This document shows positions 44,034 to 53,421 of a DNA stretch of 64,000 bases, in pieces. How positions within the stretch are numbered: position 1 is the stretch's first letter; every line of letters starts with the position of its first letter. The notes under the pieces are model-generated. The model did no database searches. It saw only the letters and a program-made list of their open reading frames with translations, and was not told the origin of the DNA. The position numbers and the translations under genes were made by a program. This DNA is from Thermoplasmata archaeon (lineage in GTDB: Archaea > Thermoplasmatota > Thermoplasmata > Lutacidiplasmatales > UBA184): assembly GCA_022749995.1 (NCBI GenBank), contig JAKIWO010000002.1, positions 42,033-106,032 of the forward strand, read 5' to 3'.

Positions 44034-46028
44034 TTATCGGTTGTGGGTGACGTGCGTTCTCGACGGTGCGCCGGCGGAACGGGGATGCCGCCGGCCGAAG
44101 AAGCTGCGCACCACCGGTGCGAGGTCCGGTAGGGGGGCGAGCCCGGGCAACACCGAGGCGAACTGCGCGGCCCGGTGGTCGAGCACGATGCCGATGCCCC
44201 GATCGTTCTCGCTCCGGATCAGCCGGCCCAGCGCCTGGAGGATGGCGCGCTGGGCGGGCGCGGTGACCGTATACTCCCACCCTCGGCCGCGGGTGAGGTC
44301 GAGGTGCCGGCGCAGCGCCTCGCGCCGGGCCGTGGGCTTGGGGAACGGGATGCCGACGAGGATGACCGCCTCGAGCTCGTCATCAGGAAAGTCGATTCCC
44401 TCGGCGATCCGGCCGCCGGCGACGCCGAGCAGGACGCCCCCCGAGGGACCCTGCTTGAACCCCTCGACGGCGCGCCAGAGCTCCTCGAAGCGCGCGCTCC
44501 GGGATTCGATGACCGCGCCGGCCGGGAGCGCGCGGGCGAGTCCTCCTCCCAGGACCGCCTCGAGCAGCGCGAAACTGGGGAAGAACGCCGCGGTGCGTAC
44601 CGGCAGTTTGGCCAGGATGTCGGCGAGTCGGCGGGCGAGTCGCGGGATGGCCTCGGGGTCGGTCGAGAGCTCCTCGTAGCGGCTCGTCACGTCGGTCGCG
44701 TAGTAGAGCCGCCGGTTCTCCGGCGGGAACGGACTGGGAAGGACCAGCGAGCGCACCTCCTCCGGGAGCCCGAGCGCATCCCGGTACTCCTCGAGCGGCC
44801 GGAGGGTGCCCGAGAGATGGACGGACAGGTGGCATTGGGCGACCGGCGCCGCCATGCGCGTGGCGTCGACCGCATATGCCTCGAGCGCCGGGCGGGGCTC
44901 GCGCGTGATCACCTTCACGAACTCCGGCGGTTCCATTTGGGGCCAGGCGAGCAGCGAGAGCGCGACGGAATGCACCGCCGAGCGAGGAAGCTGGCGGGCC
45001 TGCCGTCGCTCCTGGCGGAGCACTTCGCCCCACTGGAGGAGCGCGCCGAGCTGGGATTCCAGCCGCAGCGACGTGCCCCCGAGCTCGGCCAGCAGCCGGT
45101 CCTCGAGCACCCGCGGCGGGAGTACGCCGTCCTCCTCGGGGGCGAACTCGGCGAGCAGGCCATCGACGACGTCTTCGACGGTCCGCAGCAGTTCCGAGGC
45201 CGATCCCTGATCCGGGAACGGGATGTCGCCCCGGCCCCGCAGCTCCTCCCGTGCCCGGCGGATCGCGTCCCGCGGCAGGGTGACGCTCGCGAGCTCCCGC
45301 AGGTATTCGGGGAGGTTGTGCGCCTCATCCACCACCAGGTCGAGCCGGTCGAGCCCGACCCCGAGCCAGCTCAGGAGCGCGGTGCGGACGTGAGGGTGGA
45401 AGAAGAAGGCGTACGGGGCGGTGAGGAGACGGCTGCGCCGGGCGAGCAGCTTCGTCAATTCGTAGGGACAGAGATTCTCCTCACGGCAGTACGACTCGAG
45501 CTCCGGATTGGTGGGGAGCTTCTGCGAGAGCCGTTCGGTCAACGGCTCGAGCTCGGTCTGCAGCACGCGGGCGTAGTACGGGCACCCATCCAGGTCGGTC
45601 AGGTCGACGGCGGAACTCGCCGGCAGGTCGGTGGGCGGCAGCAGCATCGCTTCGCCGCTCAGGCCGCGCTCGGTCGCGCGCTTCCGATCCCCGCAGAGCT
45701 TGCCGTGTTCCTCGGCCGTCGCCGAGCCGATCCCCTCGAGTCCTTCCAGCAGGAAGCATCGGCTCTGACGGCCGGCGAGACCCAAGGCGAGGAACGGCCG
45801 CGCGCTCCGGTGGGAGATGGCGCGGCACTCCCGGAGCACCTGCTGCTCCTGGGCGTGGGTTCGGACCAGGTAGAGCACGCGGTGTCCCGCCAGCTCGGCG
45901 TGCTCGAGCAGCGGGGCGAGCGTTGCCACGGTCTTTCCGGTTCCCGTAGGGGATTCCACGAGCAGGGGACCGCCGGATCGTCCGAGCGCGGCGATCTCGG
46001 AGAGGATCCGCTCCTGGCCCGTCCGCAC
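44034..46028 (-). CDS. xpd: XPD/Rad3-family Fe-S DNA helicase
   Basis: Walker A ESPTGTGKT and the DEAH box VVDEAHNL. Four Cys lie in the Fe-S domain (RCFLLE, KLCGD, DGCPYY, NLCPYE). The start is uncertain; GTG 46028 is the first canonical start not overlapping the upstream ferredoxin gene. Confidence 0.85.
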   Translation of the reverse strand: MRTGQERILSEIAALGRSGGPLLVESPTGTGKTVATLAPLLEHAELAGHRVLYLVRTHAQEQQVLRECRAISHRSARPFLALGLAGRQSRCFLLEGLEGIGSATAEEHGKLCGDRKRATERGLSGEAMLLPPTDLPASSAVDLTDLDGCPYYARVLQTELEPLTERLSQKLPTNPELESYCREENLCPYELTKLLARRSRLLTAPYAFFFHPHVRTALLSWLGVGLDRLDLVVDEAHNLPEYLRELASVTLPRDAIRRAREELRGRGDIPFPDQGSASELLRTVEDVVDGLLAEFAPEEDGVLPPRVLEDRLLAELGGTSLRLESQLGALLQWGEVLRQERRQARQLPRSAVHSVALSLLAWPQMEPPEFVKVITREPRPALEAYAVDATRMAAPVAQCHLSVHLSGTLRPLEEYRDALGLPEEVRSLVLPSPFPPENRRLYYATDVTSRYEELSTDPEAIPRLARRLADILAKLPVRTAAFFPSFALLEAVLGGGLARALPAGAVIESRSARFEELWRAVEGFKQGPSGGVLLGVAGGRIAEGIDFPDDELEAVILVGIPFPKPTARREALRRHLDLTRGRGWEYTVTAPAQRAILQALGRLIRSENDRGIGIVLDHRAAQFASVLPGLAPLPDLAPVVRSFFGRRHPRSAGAPSRTHVTHNR

Positions 46029-46147
46029 CCGGTACGGAAACAGCGCCGCAGCGCCGGGTAGAGAGGCTGTGGGCGCCGTATGGAGACTCCGAGCGATTGA
46101 GGCTCGGGACCCCGTTTGAAGCTGCGCCTCCAGCGGAGGGTGTCCGG

Positions 46148-46468
46148 CTAGCCGAAGCGGTACCGAACCCCGTACGGACCCCGCGGGTAGCTCCAACGGA
46201 CGGAGCCCTGATCGCAGGCCACGGAGCAGGCGCCACACTCCACACAGTCCTCGTAGCGGAACACCAGCCGGCCGTCGAGCCGGGTGTAGCACTGGGCCGG
46301 GCAGACGAAGGTACAGAAGGAGTGCGGGCAGCGCGCACAGATCTCGGGCTGGACGGTGATGTGCGCGTGCTCGGGGCCGTCGGTGGCAAACCGCAGAGTG
46401 CCCAGGCGGCGCTTGATCTCGACATACCGTGCGCCCGGCTCCTCGGCGGGGGATTCGGGCTCGCTCAC
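46148..46468 (-). CDS. fixX: FixX-type ferredoxin-like protein
   Basis: Reads PEHAHITVQPEICARCPHSFCTFVCPAQCY...YEDCVECGACSVACDQGSVRWSYPRGPYGVRYRFG. The GTG start overlaps the upstream stop (GTGA). Confidence 0.78.
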   Translation of the reverse strand: MSEPESPAEEPGARYVEIKRRLGTLRFATDGPEHAHITVQPEICARCPHSFCTFVCPAQCYTRLDGRLVFRYEDCVECGACSVACDQGSVRWSYPRGPYGVRYRFG

Positions 46469-47715
46469 CAGGCCTCCCACCAGTTCCAGGCGGAGCGGAA
46501 GAGTCGCGCGGGGGACAGATGCGCGTCGCGGCGGGTCGACATCACGGTGGAGCGGACCGAGCGCTTCGGACCACCCTCCTCGGTCATCAGTCGGTGGAAC
46601 AGCTCCGCCTGGAATCTCGGCCACTCCGCCGAGGCCCCGGCCGTCCGGCGGAGCCGTCGGCCCCGCGCCGCCCAATCGGCGAGTCCCACGTAACTCGGGT
46701 CGGCCCGCAGACGGCGGGCGTACTCACCGCTCCGGTCGCCCAGACGCGGCCCGGATCGCAGCGCCGTCGCCGTCACCTCGGCCGCGATCTCGGCGCTGGC
46801 GAGTTCGGCCGGCAGGCCGCGCAGCTCCATCCCGTTGGAGGCTTCCAGCCCCGCCCCGCGCCCAAGTCGAAGGTAGCCGCTGCCGCCCCAACGATCCGCG
46901 GGAGGCGGTCGGAGCTCGCGCCGGACCTCGGAGGATAGCTGTGAGCCCGCGAGCAGCGGGGCAAGGGCGGGGTGGGCGAGGAACCTTCGACGCTGCTGGT
47001 CCAGGTCGGCAGCGGTCGGCGGACGAACGACCCCCCACACCTGGAGGGTGAGCCCTAGGCAATCGCGGTACGTGCGAAGCGAGCCCCCGGCGACGATCCC
47101 ACCGTCGGGGGCCGCCAGCCAGTCGACGGTGGCACCCTCACCGGGGCGCAGGCCGAACCTGGCCTCGATCCGCGCCGGCTCCAGGTTGAATCGAAGACAC
47201 CCGTGCCATTCCGTGCGGGTCGTCGGGCGACGGCGGGAAGGCTCGCCGAAGGAGGGTTCCGTCAGCAGCCGGCCCAGCGACCTCCCTACTCTCGCCGCAG
47301 GAGCGGGCGTCGGTGGCGCTCCGGGCGGGTCGGGCGAAGGCGGAGCGGCCTCCGGCTTTCGCGGCGACACCCCGAGTTCCCGGGCTTCCCGTGCGCACCG
47401 TTCGGTGAGCTCGCTCCGGAGGACCGCCACCGGGAGCCCCTCCGGGCCGGACTCACGGAACTCCGTGCCGGTCCATCGGGACCCGTCAAGGAGCATCCAG
47501 CGATGCAGGACGATGCGGCGGTCAGCTCCCGCATCGTCCGCGGCGGGAAGCCGTGCGTACAGCTCCGCGGGCAGCACGTCCCCCTCTCCTCCGTCCGTCG
47601 TGTCCGCCGGGTCGGCCAGCCAGCGGACGGCCAACCGGGCGCGCGCCAGCCGGGACGTCGCCAGCGCGGCGACCGGGCCCCCGCCGAGTACTTCGATCTC
47701 CTCGGGCGTTGCCAT
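46465..47715 (-). CDS. FixC/ETF-QO-like protein with eroded FAD-binding motifs
   Basis: It is collinear with FixC in the segments IEARFGL.PGEG, FLAHPALAPLLAG and the C-terminal region. The N-terminal GxGxxG reads GGGPVA and the GDAAG motif reads GRGAG. A Pro-rich insertion is present. Confidence 0.5.
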   Translation of the reverse strand: MATPEEIEVLGGGPVAALATSRLARARLAVRWLADPADTTDGGEGDVLPAELYARLPAADDAGADRRIVLHRWMLLDGSRWTGTEFRESGPEGLPVAVLRSELTERCAREARELGVSPRKPEAAPPSPDPPGAPPTPAPAARVGRSLGRLLTEPSFGEPSRRRPTTRTEWHGCLRFNLEPARIEARFGLRPGEGATVDWLAAPDGGIVAGGSLRTYRDCLGLTLQVWGVVRPPTAADLDQQRRRFLAHPALAPLLAGSQLSSEVRRELRPPPADRWGGSGYLRLGRGAGLEASNGMELRGLPAELASAEIAAEVTATALRSGPRLGDRSGEYARRLRADPSYVGLADWAARGRRLRRTAGASAEWPRFQAELFHRLMTEEGGPKRSVRSTVMSTRRDAHLSPARLFRSAWNWWEAW

Positions 47716-47736
47716 CGGAGTGGCCCTCGCGCCGGC

Positions 47737-48690
47737 CTACCCGGCCGCGGCCGGCAGCGCCTTCAGGATATCCAGGTCCGCGCGGACCGCCGCAGCACTC
47801 GCATCGAACGCCCGACGTTCCTCCGGCCGCAGCGTCACCTCGAAGATCCGTTCGACCCCCCCGGCGCCGATCTGGGCGGGCACCCCCAGGTAGAGGTCGT
47901 GCAGTCCGTACGGGCCGTCCAACGCGGCGGTGACCGGCAACAGACGGTGTTCGTTCCGCGCCACCGCCCGGACGAGCTCGGCCTGGGAGGCCGTCGGCGC
48001 ATAGTAGGCGCTGCCGGCCTTGAGCAGGTTCACGATCTCCGCGCCCCCATGGCGGGTCCGTTCGGTGATCGCCTGGAGTTCGGGCTCGGGCAGGAGCCCG
48101 GTGAGCGGCACTCCGTTCACGCTCGTCAAGGACGGGATCGGAACCATGGTGTCCCCGTGCGTCCCGAGAACGAACCCCACCACATCCCGGGGTGCGACGC
48201 CCAGCGCCTGGGCCACGAAGGTGCGGAACCGAGCCGTATCGAGCGAGCCGGACTCCCCAAAAACGCGCGCGGAAGGCAGCCCGCTCACGTGGCGGAACCA
48301 GTAGGTCATCACATCGACCGGGTTGGTGACGACGAGGCAGACGGCCTGGGGCGCTCGACGCGCCACGGCCTCGGCGTGTCCCCGGAGGATCTCGGCGTTC
48401 TTGCTGAGCAGGTCCGACCGGCTCATCCCCGGCTTGCGCGCGAGTCCCGCGGTCTCGACCACGAGGTCGGCGCCCTCCAGGGCGTCCAATTGGACCGAGC
48501 CACTGACCCGGGTGGAGAATCCGAGGATCGGGGCGGACTCGGCGATGTCGAGCCCCTTGCCCTGGGGGAGCCCGTCGACGATGTCGATGAGCACGAGTTC
48601 TTCGGCGAAGTCGGCCTCGGCCAGCCGCTGAGCGAGGGTGCCGCCGATGTTCCCCGCCCCCAGCACCGCGATCTTGCCCAAGCCGGTCAT
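47737..48690 (-). CDS. mdh: Malate dehydrogenase (LDH-like family)
   Basis: Contains KIAVLGAGNIGGTLA, TAGLARKPGMSRSDLL, VVTNPVD and GTHGDTMVP. Confidence 0.85.
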   Translation of the reverse strand: MTGLGKIAVLGAGNIGGTLAQRLAEADFAEELVLIDIVDGLPQGKGLDIAESAPILGFSTRVSGSVQLDALEGADLVVETAGLARKPGMSRSDLLSKNAEILRGHAEAVARRAPQAVCLVVTNPVDVMTYWFRHVSGLPSARVFGESGSLDTARFRTFVAQALGVAPRDVVGFVLGTHGDTMVPIPSLTSVNGVPLTGLLPEPELQAITERTRHGGAEIVNLLKAGSAYYAPTASQAELVRAVARNEHRLLPVTAALDGPYGLHDLYLGVPAQIGAGGVERIFEVTLRPEERRAFDASAAAVRADLDILKALPAAAG

Positions 48691-48799
48691 GAATCCCTCC
48701 CGTGGCAGGGCCCCCCGGCCTTAACGCTGCCGCGACTCGTCGGGCGAGTGTCTCCCGTCAGGCGAAAGCTTCATTCAAGGACCCCTCGATGCGGCGGCC

Positions 48800-49045
48800 G
48801 TGGATGTCCGGACCGTCCTCGCCAGCGTGGAGGAACGAGAGAAGTGGAACCGCCGGCTCGAGCGGCTCGAAGCTTCGCTCTCGGAGGTCCGGCTGCGCCG
48901 CCGCCGGCTCGAGCGGAAGCTCCGCACGGTGCGGCGGCAGCTCTCGCACGTGGCTGACCTGACCGAAGGCATGCTCGATCCCGCCCGCCGCATGCCCCTT
49001 CTCCTGCTCCATGCCGCGCACGCGTCGTCCATCCCTCGGCGATAA
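48800..49045 (+). CDS. Hypothetical 81-aa Arg/Glu/Leu-rich coiled-coil protein
   Basis: Shows heptad-like repeats in EEREKWNRRLERLEASLSEVRLRRRRLERKLRTVRRQL. GC3 is high. The opposite-strand ORFs look like shadows. Confidence 0.35.
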   Translation: MDVRTVLASVEEREKWNRRLERLEASLSEVRLRRRRLERKLRTVRRQLSHVADLTEGMLDPARRMPLLLLHAAHASSIPRR

Positions 49046-49241
49046 GCGTCGGGCGCTCGCCCGCACGCGCGCCGAGCTCGAGAAGGAGCTCCTCGAGCTC
49101 CTGCGGGAGGAGGCGTACATCGCCCGGCAGGTGGCCCGCGCGCGGGAGCAGATCCGATACTACGAGCAGCACCTGGCCGAGCTCAAGACCGCCTGGGGAC
49201 GACGGACCCCGCTCGACGAGTACGCCCGTCGGATGGACTAG
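49011..49241 (+). CDS. Hypothetical 76-aa coiled-coil protein (frame +1 relative to the previous ORF, 35-nt overlap)
   Basis: Reads RALARTRAELEKELLELLREEAYIARQVARAREQIRYYEQHLAELK. GC3 is high. It ends 10 nt before panE. Confidence 0.4.
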   Translation: MPRTRRPSLGDKRRALARTRAELEKELLELLREEAYIARQVARAREQIRYYEQHLAELKTAWGRRTPLDEYARRMD

Positions 49242-49251
49242 CGCTCGGGCC

Positions 49252-50196
49252 GTGCGCGTCGTCGTCTTCGGCGCCGGCGCTGTCGGCCAGCTCTTCGGGG
49301 CCCGGCTGCTGCGCGCCCAGCACGAGATCCTGCTCGTCGCCCGCACCGAGGAGGTCGTGGCCATCCGGGGTCACGGGTTGCGCGTCGAAGGGGAGACCGA
49401 GGGCGTCTTCCCCGTGCCCGCCGTCGACGCCCTCATCGACGGGATCACTCCGGACGTGGTGCTCCTGACCGTCAAGAGCTTCGACGTGGAGAGTGCCGGG
49501 GTGGAGCTTGGCCGCCGGCTGCGGCCGGTCCCCCCCGTCCTCGCTACGCAGAACGGACTCGGCATCGAGAGCACGCTCCGTCGGGGACTCGAACGAGGTC
49601 GGGCGGGATCTCCGGTGCCGGTCGTGGTCCGCGCGGTCCACACTATCCCTGTCACCCGGCTCGGGCCGGGCTCGATCCGCCAGGCCGGTGTGGGCGAGCT
49701 GGTGCTCGGCCGACCGGCCCCGGAGACCGAGGCCGCCGCGGCCGACCGGTTCGCCGAGCTGTTCGACTCGGCCGGCTTTACGGTGCGCCGAGTGTCGGAC
49801 ATCGAGCGGGAGGTCTGGCGCAAGCTGCTGGTGAATGCGGCCATCAATCCGGTCACCGCCGACCACGGCATCCCCAACGGCCAGCTCGCGAACGAGCCGT
49901 GGAGAGGGCAGGCGGAGGAGCTCCTGGCCGAGGCGCTCCAGGTGAGCCGGGCCGAGGGGTTCGACTTCTCCGACGAGGAAGCGCCGGCCGAGCTGTGGCG
50001 GGTCGTCCGCGCCACGGCCGCGAACCGCTCCAGCATGCTGCAGGACCTCCGACGCGGGCGACCCACCGAGATCGAGGCGATCTCCGGTGAGCTGCTGCGT
50101 CGGGGCGGCGTCCACGGGCTCAAGCTCCCGGCCACCGAGCGCGCGCTCGAGCGGATCCGGCGCCGAGTCCGCGAGCGCGCGGGGCCGGGTACCTAG
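49252..50196 (+). CDS. panE: 2-dehydropantoate 2-reductase (ketopantoate reductase family)
   Basis: Has the N-terminal Rossmann segment MRVVVFGAGAVGQLFG, plus NGLG, KLLVNAAINP and SSMLQDLRRGRPTEIE. Confidence 0.75.
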   Translation: MRVVVFGAGAVGQLFGARLLRAQHEILLVARTEEVVAIRGHGLRVEGETEGVFPVPAVDALIDGITPDVVLLTVKSFDVESAGVELGRRLRPVPPVLATQNGLGIESTLRRGLERGRAGSPVPVVVRAVHTIPVTRLGPGSIRQAGVGELVLGRPAPETEAAAADRFAELFDSAGFTVRRVSDIEREVWRKLLVNAAINPVTADHGIPNGQLANEPWRGQAEELLAEALQVSRAEGFDFSDEEAPAELWRVVRATAANRSSMLQDLRRGRPTEIEAISGELLRRGGVHGLKLPATERALERIRRRVRERAGPGT

Positions 50197-50214
50197 GCAG
50201 CGTCCGCTCCAGCG

Positions 50215-51441
50215 GTGCCCTCGTCGCAAGGGTCTTACCCCCGCTCCGGTCCGGCGGTCCGGGTGGAGAAAAAGAGCGTTCGGCAGGCGACGGCGCGGGG
50301 TCGCCGCGCGTTGGTCCGCGTCGACTTCAACGTCCCCCTCACCGACTCCGGCGAGGTCGCCGACGACCGCCGCATCGTGGAGGCGCTCCCGACGATCCAT
50401 CACCTCCAGACCGCGGGCGCCCGAACGATCCTCCTGAGCCACTTGGGCCGACCCGGGGGCCGGCGGGACCCGCGCTACAGCCTCCGACCGGTCGCCCGGA
50501 AGCTCTCCGCCCTGCTCGGTCAACCGGTGCCGCTCGCGGAGGACTGCGTCGGCATGAACGCGTTGCAAGCCACCGCGCGCCTCCAGAACGGGGGGATCCT
50601 GATGCTCGAGAACCTGCGCTTCCACGCCGGCGAGGAGGGAAACGACCCGGCGTTCGTCCAAGAGCTGGCCCAGCTGGGCGAGCTGTTCGTGGAGGAGGCG
50701 TTCGGGGCGGTCCACCGGGCTCACGCCTCCACCGTCGGCCTGCCCCAACGGATGCCGTCGTTCTGTGGACTGCTGGTCGAAAAGGAGGTCCGGGAACTCT
50801 CCCACCTCCGGGAGGAGCCCGAGCACCCGTACGTGGCGCTCCTCGGTGGGGCCAAGGTCGCCGACAAGCTCCCGATCCTCAACGGCCTGGTGGGCCGCGC
50901 TGACGCACTGCTGCTCGGGGGCGCCCTCGCCTTCCCGTTCCTGGCGGCTCAGGGCAAACCGCTGGGCGCGAGCCCTACCGAGTCCGGCCTGGAGTCGGAG
51001 GTGCAGGCGCTCATGGCGCGGGCGGGCCAGAACGGCACCGTGCTCGAGTTGCCTGTTGACTGGCTCGGGGAGCGGCCCGGACAGAAGGAGGTGGTCGCGT
51101 GCTCCGCCGATGACGTGCCTTCGGACGTGCTCCTGCGCGACATCGGCCCCCGGACCCGCGACCGATTCTACGCACGGCTCGACGGATCGGCCAGCGTCTT
51201 CTTCAACGGGCCGATGGGCAAGGCCGAGGACTTTCGGTTCACGCCCGGGACCCGCGAAGTGCTCGCCGGCCTCGCGACGCTGGCAGGCTACCACGTCTGC
51301 GCCGGCGGCGATAGCGCCCGCATCGCACGGGACCTCGGAGTGGAGGCGGCCTTCCAGTACGTCAGTACGGGCGGGGGCGCGGCGCTCGAGTTCGTCGCAG
51401 GCCTTGACCTGCCCGGGCTCGAGGCCCTGCCGGACGCCTAG
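50215..51441 (+). CDS. pgk: Phosphoglycerate kinase
   Basis: Contains LVRVDFNVPL, SHLGRP, LENLRFH and GGAKVADK, and ends in STGGGAALEF. The start is possibly GTG 50263. Confidence 0.9.
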   Translation: MPSSQGSYPRSGPAVRVEKKSVRQATARGRRALVRVDFNVPLTDSGEVADDRRIVEALPTIHHLQTAGARTILLSHLGRPGGRRDPRYSLRPVARKLSALLGQPVPLAEDCVGMNALQATARLQNGGILMLENLRFHAGEEGNDPAFVQELAQLGELFVEEAFGAVHRAHASTVGLPQRMPSFCGLLVEKEVRELSHLREEPEHPYVALLGGAKVADKLPILNGLVGRADALLLGGALAFPFLAAQGKPLGASPTESGLESEVQALMARAGQNGTVLELPVDWLGERPGQKEVVACSADDVPSDVLLRDIGPRTRDRFYARLDGSASVFFNGPMGKAEDFRFTPGTREVLAGLATLAGYHVCAGGDSARIARDLGVEAAFQYVSTGGGAALEFVAGLDLPGLEALPDA

Positions 51442-51820
51442 CCCGCGCCGGGGCTGCCACCAGGGCCGTCTCAGGGTCGATGCTCTCGAGCAGCCACCGG
51501 ATATACGGCTCGTGGGCTCGGGGGACCTTGAGCTCCAGAATATCGGGTACTTCGTAGGAGTGCTCTCGGACCAGGAAGCGGAACAGCGCTCCGAGCTTCT
51601 TGCCCGAGGTCTTGAGGAGGACCGCCTGCTCCGGCGAGCGCTCCATCGCTCCCTTCCACCAGTAGACGGAACGGATCGGCCAGTAGCTGGCGCACGCCGC
51701 GAGGCGCCGTTCCACGGCGCCCTCCCCCAAACGCCGGGCCTCCTGCCGGTTCGCGGCCGCCACGTAGACGAGACGCAGTCGCCGCTCTTCGGCGCTCGAG
51801 TCGAGCGGAGGGCCGCTCAC
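51362..51820 (-). CDS. cutA: CutA1 divalent-cation tolerance protein with an extended basic tail
   Basis: Contains VYVAAANRQEARRLGEGAVERRLAACASYWPIRSVYWWKGAMERSPEQAVLLKT...HSYEVPDILELKV. The GTG start overlaps the DP1 stop (GTGA). The tail overlaps pgk convergently by 80 nt. Confidence 0.7.
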   Translation of the reverse strand: MSGPPLDSSAEERRLRLVYVAAANRQEARRLGEGAVERRLAACASYWPIRSVYWWKGAMERSPEQAVLLKTSGKKLGALFRFLVREHSYEVPDILELKVPRAHEPYIRWLLESIDPETALVAAPARARRPAGPRARAGQGLRRTRAPRPRPY

Positions 51821-53304
51821 GCGGCGACCAGCGCCCGCTCGGGGACGGTGAAGTCAAAGACGGACATCGATAGGTCGGAGAGCCGCACGACGGCGGCCCG
51901 CGCAGGGATGGGCGTGATGTTCCGCATGCGCTGGTACTCGGTCTCAGCCTGCCAGGTGGAGGCATTGAGCAGCAGCACGCCGCGGTACCGGTCGGCGCCG
52001 AAGGTGTGCGCGTGCCCGGTGACCAGGATCTCCGGCACAGGATCGATCAGCAGTCCATCGTGGGGAAGCGGGGCGATCGGGGTGCGACCACCGTAGATCG
52101 GGGCGAGGTGGCGCATCGCCAACATCCGCTTCATCACCTCGGTCGGATGGCCGTAGTCGGCGCCCGGCAGCGCCGGGATGAGGTCGTCAAAGCTCCGGCC
52201 GTGGTAGGCGGCCACCACGGTCCCGTCCAGGGAGAAGGTGGACGGATTCCCCAGCCGACGGACGTTGGCCGGGAGCAGCCGTCCGAGCTCCTCCGGGAGT
52301 GCCGGCTGCGGCTCGGCCGGGCACACCGCGTCGTGGTTGCCCGGAATCACCACGATGTGCAGCCGGGACGGCAGCTCTGCGAGACGACGCCCGAGCTCGG
52401 CGTACTGCTCGACGATGTCGTGGATCGCCAGGTCCCTCTCCTGATGCGGGTAGATCCCGATCCCATCGACCAGGTCGCCCGCGATGACGACGTGCTCGAT
52501 CTCCTGCGCGAGCTCGGGCGAGGGTCCCTCCCCCCGCAGAAATGCCGCGAGGGCGCTCCAGCTCTCGCCGAGGAAGGAGCGGCTACCGACGTGCAGGTCG
52601 GAGAGGAACATCGCGCGAGAGCTCGTGCCCTCGGCACGGGGGAGCCGCCCCGCGGGAACGTCGGGTCGGTGCAGCGCACGCACGACCGGCAACCGGCCGG
52701 ACTCCTTGGGCAGCCCGAGCGTGAGCCCTACCACCTCGTCCGATAGGAGGTGCGCCATCGCCGCCGGGCTGTCGCGCAGGAGGAGCACTGCGACCGAGCC
52801 GGATTCATCGTCCAGTTCGACCAGCACGTGCTTCTTCTCACTGGTCGTGCGCACGTCGCGGACCAACCCGATGATGGAGGCCGTCCCCTCCTTCCCCCGC
52901 AACGCGGCGATCGGCTGGAGGTTGGGCAGGTCCGGACGGCCCTTGAGCCACCGGTGGACCGAGCGGTACCGGTGGTGGAACAGGCTCTCGTAGGCCTCGA
53001 GCGGCGTGCGGCCGGGTACTCCCGCGATGAAGCCGGGGTTAAGCAACCGGAACGGTTCGGCCATCGCGGCCACCGCCGTGGAGGTCGCGACGCCGCCCGC
53101 GACCGGAAGGCCGCCCGAGGGAGGGTCGACGCGGAGCATCCGCTCGACCATCGAGCGCGTGACGAACGGTCCCAGCGCGTCCGCCGTTTCGATCAGTTGG
53201 CGCGAGAGTCGCAGCGGCTCCGGCTGGGTGAGCAGGAGGGAGAGCGCTTCCGCCTCGATCAGGCGCTGGTGCTCCTCGAAGTAGCGTACCAGGGCCTCGC
53301 GCAT
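51817..53304 (-). CDS. DNA polymerase D small subunit DP1 (Mre11-like phosphoesterase)
   Basis: Calcineurin-like motifs are LSDLHVGS, IAGDLVDG, PGNHD and TGHAHT, with an OB-fold region upstream. Confidence 0.85.
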   Translation of the reverse strand: MREALVRYFEEHQRLIEAEALSLLLTQPEPLRLSRQLIETADALGPFVTRSMVERMLRVDPPSGGLPVAGGVATSTAVAAMAEPFRLLNPGFIAGVPGRTPLEAYESLFHHRYRSVHRWLKGRPDLPNLQPIAALRGKEGTASIIGLVRDVRTTSEKKHVLVELDDESGSVAVLLLRDSPAAMAHLLSDEVVGLTLGLPKESGRLPVVRALHRPDVPAGRLPRAEGTSSRAMFLSDLHVGSRSFLGESWSALAAFLRGEGPSPELAQEIEHVVIAGDLVDGIGIYPHQERDLAIHDIVEQYAELGRRLAELPSRLHIVVIPGNHDAVCPAEPQPALPEELGRLLPANVRRLGNPSTFSLDGTVVAAYHGRSFDDLIPALPGADYGHPTEVMKRMLAMRHLAPIYGGRTPIAPLPHDGLLIDPVPEILVTGHAHTFGADRYRGVLLLNASTWQAETEYQRMRNITPIPARAAVVRLSDLSMSVFDFTVPERALVAA

Positions 53305-53421
53305 GGTCGAACCGGTCAGGTCCGCCCGCCGGCGAGAAACGCCGGAGCTGCGGCACCCGGGACCGGTGGGGGAGAGGAGCTACGCTATTTCAGGCAGCGG
53401 TCGCAGAATGGGCGACGGGGC

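Noticed and set aside
48691-48799. A switch of gene orientation (minus-strand genes to the left, plus-strand genes to the right), considered as a possible replication origin.
   Set aside because: The 109-nt spacer is GC-rich. It has no A/T-rich unwinding element, no repeated ORB-like boxes and no adjacent orc1/cdc6.
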